Source: Macrostomum lignano
Taxonomy: Eukaryota
Length of the DNA stretch: 64,000 bases
Assembly (NCBI GenBank): GCA_002269645.1
Contig: NIVC01002558.1
Span: 97,738 to 161,737, forward strand
Direction: 5' to 3'
Shown: piece after piece, positions 59,700 through 64,000 of the stretch
Layout of the letters: each line of letters begins with the position of its first letter
Position numbering within the stretch: the stretch's first letter is position 1
Position numbers and translations under genes: made by a program
Notes under the pieces: generated by a model
The model's database searches: none
What the model was told of the DNA's origin: nothing
Seen by the model: only the letters and a program-made list of their open reading frames with translations

Positions 59700-62600
59700 C
59701 TTCAACCGGCCGAAGTGCTGGCAGCAGCACCCGCCTGCACCGACATGCCAGCCGTGGCCTGCATGGCCATCTCTATATTGTCCACGCGGTTTGGTCCGTG
59801 CTTCATCAGCATATAGATCTGCATTAGGTGAGCGCAATCATGAAGAAGCTATTGAGGAGACTTAAAGTTTACAGCAAAATGAAACACTGGGATATTAAAG
59901 GAGAGAGAGTGCAATTAAACATTTGAAGTCCTACCCACCTACGTAGCTAGCTAGGTGTCGTTAAGTTAAGAATTGTTTAAGATGCCTGAGAGCTCTCTGC
60001 TGCTGAACAGGATGCTTCTATATTTTGGGAAAAATCATGTTAATGCAAAAGGTGAACACACACAAGCATCGGTAGATGCAGGTGGTGGTCAAAAAGGAAC
60101 CAGGCCTTAAGATGGCTTTGGTCCCCGATGTTTTCACGCCGAGAACTATCGCATCTAACGCCATCTCACCTTGCTGCCAAACACCAGTAACAGAGTGGTG
60201 CTGGTGCACAGGATAATGCACGCAGCCACCAACCCAATCCGGAGTTCCTGTCCTTCTGAGGGCATGGCGAACACTAGCACAACGCCGATCAGCCCCATCA
60301 CCAAGGTGTTGTACACGCAAACTCCAATTTTCTTCGAATCGTTTAGCGCCTCAACATGAACGGTGCGTGTTTCCCAGGCGAAAAATATTCCAAACAGTAG
60401 AAGAAAGCCTGGAACACAATTTAGAGAGCATTATGCCCTGGACTGTGACTACTTGACTAATTTCTACTGCTATCATCTCATCGTACGTAATCACGCACCC
60501 TTGACGCCGATCTCTATGCCAATCCACATGTTCATGTTGGTACAGACGCACTCGTCAATGGTGGCTCGAAGTAGGGAGCCCTGCTCCGTTTCCTATCAGG
60601 TTAAACGGTTATGGATGATTGGCTTGAAATTATTTGGTCGTACGTGTCAAATTGTTTATATATGCTCTTACCACAGCCGGTAAACTTGTTGTTTGCACCT
60701 GCAGAGGGTCGATACCAGCCCAGATGCCAAAGATGACAACATCTACCACTACGACGACCAGAATCACAGCGAACAGGTGAAAATCTTTGATGGCCTGGAT
60801 ATGGGAAAGTTGGAACTTGATAGACAAGCGATGGACATGTAGTAGGAAAAAAGCTAAAACGATTGCCAAACAGACTCGCTCAATTATGTCATTCTAAGGC
60901 TGTGGTAAAGAGTGCTTTTATTTAGGGTATATCCCTTAGCAGGTTGTGAGATCAGCAGCACACACAATGGTATAAGGTTACAGTATTTCACAATAGTTAT
61001 ATCTTGCAAGGGGGCGTATAAATCAAGGCGACAGCTAGTCGACCCCGCAACCAACGAGGAGGCAAGCAGCTTTGCCCATTCCGATGATCCTGAGCACGCT
61101 AATCGTTAGGCATGTTATACACTCTGACCTTTGAGACGGCTCCTCATGGGCGAAAATTGCACGAAAAACCCCCGTAACAATTTTTTGTAGCGTGGTCACA
61201 CACGGAATCGAACTTTGGTACTACTGGCCGGAGTGCGGCGCGTTAACCGCTGCTTTACCCCATACGTACTTTACATTTGTGCTCAGTCTCTGTTCTAGTC
61301 GTGAGAGGCACATTCCGTTGAAATGAACATCTCAATGGACGCAAAGATCGACGATCGACGATCGAATCCCCTCAAAATCCTGTTCTGTTTTGCCACTGGA
61401 AATCCCCCACGTCATAATCCTGCTGCGTGCTTAGTATTCGAGTTGTTAAGCAATCCTGTGCGTGATTATCGTTATTTGGGCCAACCAGTGCTGTTGATTT
61501 AGCTTCGTGACGGTAAACTTCTCAACTGAACCCAGAGGCATAGACTCAAGAAGATCCGGTTCAGACACGAGGGTCGATGCATACGTTTGTAGTCGCAAAC
61601 TGAAGACTGTAGACGTGAGGAGGCCTTATTGGATTATCTTGGCATGAGCACGGATAATTTTTTGTCTAGTACGAAAAAATAGGTAACCATTAAGCCGACT
61701 ATAAGTACACCCACTGTTCTTGTTCGTGAATATAATAAACCTAGGAGAGCTCGCAGCCTGAGGAGCAATATGCGATGGTGGAGGTGTAAAATTTATAAAT
61801 CAATGATAATCCAATAAAATATGTCCGATTGTAAAAACAACTTAAAATACACTCATTCATACGCATTCATATGCATGTCTGTGTAACATGCATAAATGCC
61901 AATCTGCGCCCATCTCGTAGTTCAAAAATCTCGGTTGGAATTCAACAGAGTGCTTTAAATAGAGTTCACTATAATTGATTTCGAATTCATAATTTCAGCA
62001 ACAAGTAAGAGGTCCTCGATTGCAATCACTCACCACTCGTCTCAGCTTGACATTGGTGAAGATGCGGTACACACGCCAGGTCTTCGCCAGCATGGCGCCA
62101 AACGCGCACGAGTAGCCAAAAGCCAGTAGGACGGCCTGCAACCAGCAGAGGCCGACCCTGATCTGCCAGTAGGAGTTCACGGACATCGCGATGCACGAGG
62201 CGTAGCACAGCAGGCAGCCAAGACCGATTACATTGTTTACATAGGGACTGCTCAGTTTAATGAGGCGAAGCTCGCGATAATAAAAGTTCACACCGACTGC
62301 AATCAGGCATAGCGCGATACCAATTGATGAAGCCGAGATTAGGGTTACAGTGCTGGGCCAGCTCAGCATCAGACGCTGGACTAGGACTCCGGGACTGTCC
62401 ACTGGGGGCGTGCCGTCTGGAAGATCCAGTGCCAATGTTCATTTGTAAGTTTGAAGGCAGCAAGTCTTAGGGAGATCAGTACGAGTACTGTGAGCTTCTA
62501 AATGAGAATCCAAAAGTGATATAGTCCCAATAGTTAGTCTTCTGTACTCTTCGTCAGCTTCGCATGTAATTGTTTTACTCACGCTGATTCACACCGATTC

Positions 62601-63930
62601 AAGCTTCATTTCACATCTCTTTTACCGCTAATTGTCTTTTAATTATGATACGAGCGGATATTAAAAGTGTGACTGGATTACCAATATAATAACAAAGATT
62701 TAAGGTACGTACAGTTAACACGAATAAATAGTTTAGCCTTAATATATATATAGCTAAAATGCACGTTAACTAACTCATTTCGCTTACGTGCAAACCAGAG
62801 ATCCTCAGTCCAGTTGGCTATTGCAGTTGACGGATCGTAAGTTCCCACAAGGTGACGCTTCAGGCCTACACGAGAAAATTTTTTAGTTTGGGATGAGAAT
62901 GGGAAACTATATGCCAGATGACAAAAAGTGACAACTGGAATCGTTTATTCCTGAAGCAATCAAACAGCCATCGCAAAATTCATTTCTTTGGTGGTAAGTA
63001 AAAGCTTAAAACTCTTGACATTACATATAACTTGGTCGATTCATTTTTGAGCACGGGACTGATGAAGAGCTAGGATTGCTCAATACAAAGAAACAGGTTT
63101 CCCTGATGCTTCTCACCTCTCAGCTGGTAGAAGAGGACCATGGATGAGCGATCTCCTTGACTGTCAAACATTACCTTACCCTGTTGAGACGAGGTTGAAT
63201 GAAAATTGAAATTAATAAAAGCTGTGAAGAATGAAAGATGAAAGATAGGCCGGAACACGCCTAACCTGCAGCATACAGGTAAATAGAAGGCAGAGTCTCA
63301 TTCTTTATCTTATTCCAGGGAAGTCTTTTATGCTCTGACGATCTCAAAAACCTTTCCCGTTTAGGGAAAGGTAGCGACCCTCTTTTCCCGACAATGTATT
63401 AAGGTGGGTAGCGAGCCTCAGCTAGATCCTTTGTAATAACCTTCTCAAAAGTCGCTAGTCATTTGTTTATCATTTTATGCCAATTGCCATTCATTCAATA
63501 TGGTTATAATTTTTGCTGAAGCCTTGAACGCACATACGAGATACTGTATAAATGTAGCTCATATCTAGATGCTGCCCAATGGCTTACGGAATTCTTATGT
63601 AACTGCTATTCTTATTTAAATTATAAGTACTATTATTAAACAGGCTGAAATGCTTGGTTCCTATCAGGAGCGTAGCAGGTCCTAGCAGACCCCTGGCTCG
63701 TATAGCGCAGCTTTTCACTCAAAGACCCCAACGGAGAACCCTAGTCCATGACGGTGAGTCCTAGATTGACTTTCAATTACCATAGAGGGATCATTGCCAG
63801 CAGGCAATTCTCACCGAAAGTCCAGTGAACTCGAGCAGCATGAGGTTGTTGAACAGGGCCGCCTTAAATGACGAATTGGCGAGCTCCGTGTTCTCAGTGT
63901 AGTTAAAGTCCTTCAGCGTCTGGTTCAGAG
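59700..63930 (-). CDS. GABBR2: GABA-B receptor subunit 2-like class C GPCR (5' part beyond window end; distal C-terminal exons uncertain)
   Basis: Exons ~63930-63815, 63180-63117, 62865-62788, 62416-62034, 60794-60672, 60592-60499, 60408-60170, ~59817-59707. Motifs ALNQTLKDFNY..EFTGLSGKVMFDSQGDR, GTPPVD, IKLSSPYVNN, AFGAMLAKTWRVYRIFTN, WAGIDPL, AWETRTVHVEALNDSKKIGVCVYN; no cysteine-rich domain between VFT and TM1. Possible further exons near 59222-59166 and 57886-57750. Confidence 0.88.
60910..61260 (-). mobile_element. Probable tRNA-headed SINE in GABA-B receptor intron
   Basis: rc of 61190-61260 reads GGGGTAAAGCAGCGGTTAACGCG..GTTCGATTCCGTG with A-box-like and B-box motifs; the 3' extent is a guess. 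Confidence 0.4.
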
Positions 63931-64000
63931 CTAGCGCGGCCGACATCACGCGAGTCAAAGCGCAGGTCAAAGCCGGCGAGGTTTTGGGAAAGGCGATGGA

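Overview
Eukaryotic (metazoan) genomic DNA, not prokaryotic: GC-rich spliced exons with GT-AG introns, and AT-rich spacers. The style (Ala/Pro/Gln-rich exons, introns packed with minisatellites) resembles the flatworm Macrostomum, but this is inference. Genes reconstructed by hand from splice sites and reading phase: a 10-exon DAT/NET-type SLC6 monoamine transporter (+, 2028-14062), a sphingosine-1-phosphate phosphatase (-, 21713-16114), a COMTD1/CCoAOMT-like O-methyltransferase (+, 28753-30975), a ZU5-ZU5-UPA-death-domain protein (+, ~33634-37887), unassigned coding exons (-, 40859-44860), an HMGB (-, 50185-48500) and the 3' part of a GABA-B R2-like GPCR (-, from the right edge to ~59700). 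Most long ORFs in the track are tandem-repeat artefacts. There are over 20 tandem arrays, several non-autonomous DNA transposons with TIRs (three with clear TSDs), a tRNA-headed CORE-like SINE and a 5S-like relic. Most striking: (1) two diverged paralogous elements (41842-41905 and 55886-55949) collinear with the 28S rRNA helix-69/R2/I-PpoI region, with an exactly conserved 15-nt but scrambled core and substitutions that would preserve antisense G-U pairing; (2) an intronic minisatellite built from ~11 copies of a consensus 5' splice site; (3) a minisatellite that supplies a gene's stop codon. All coordinates were counted manually and may be off by a few bases; no database searches were run.
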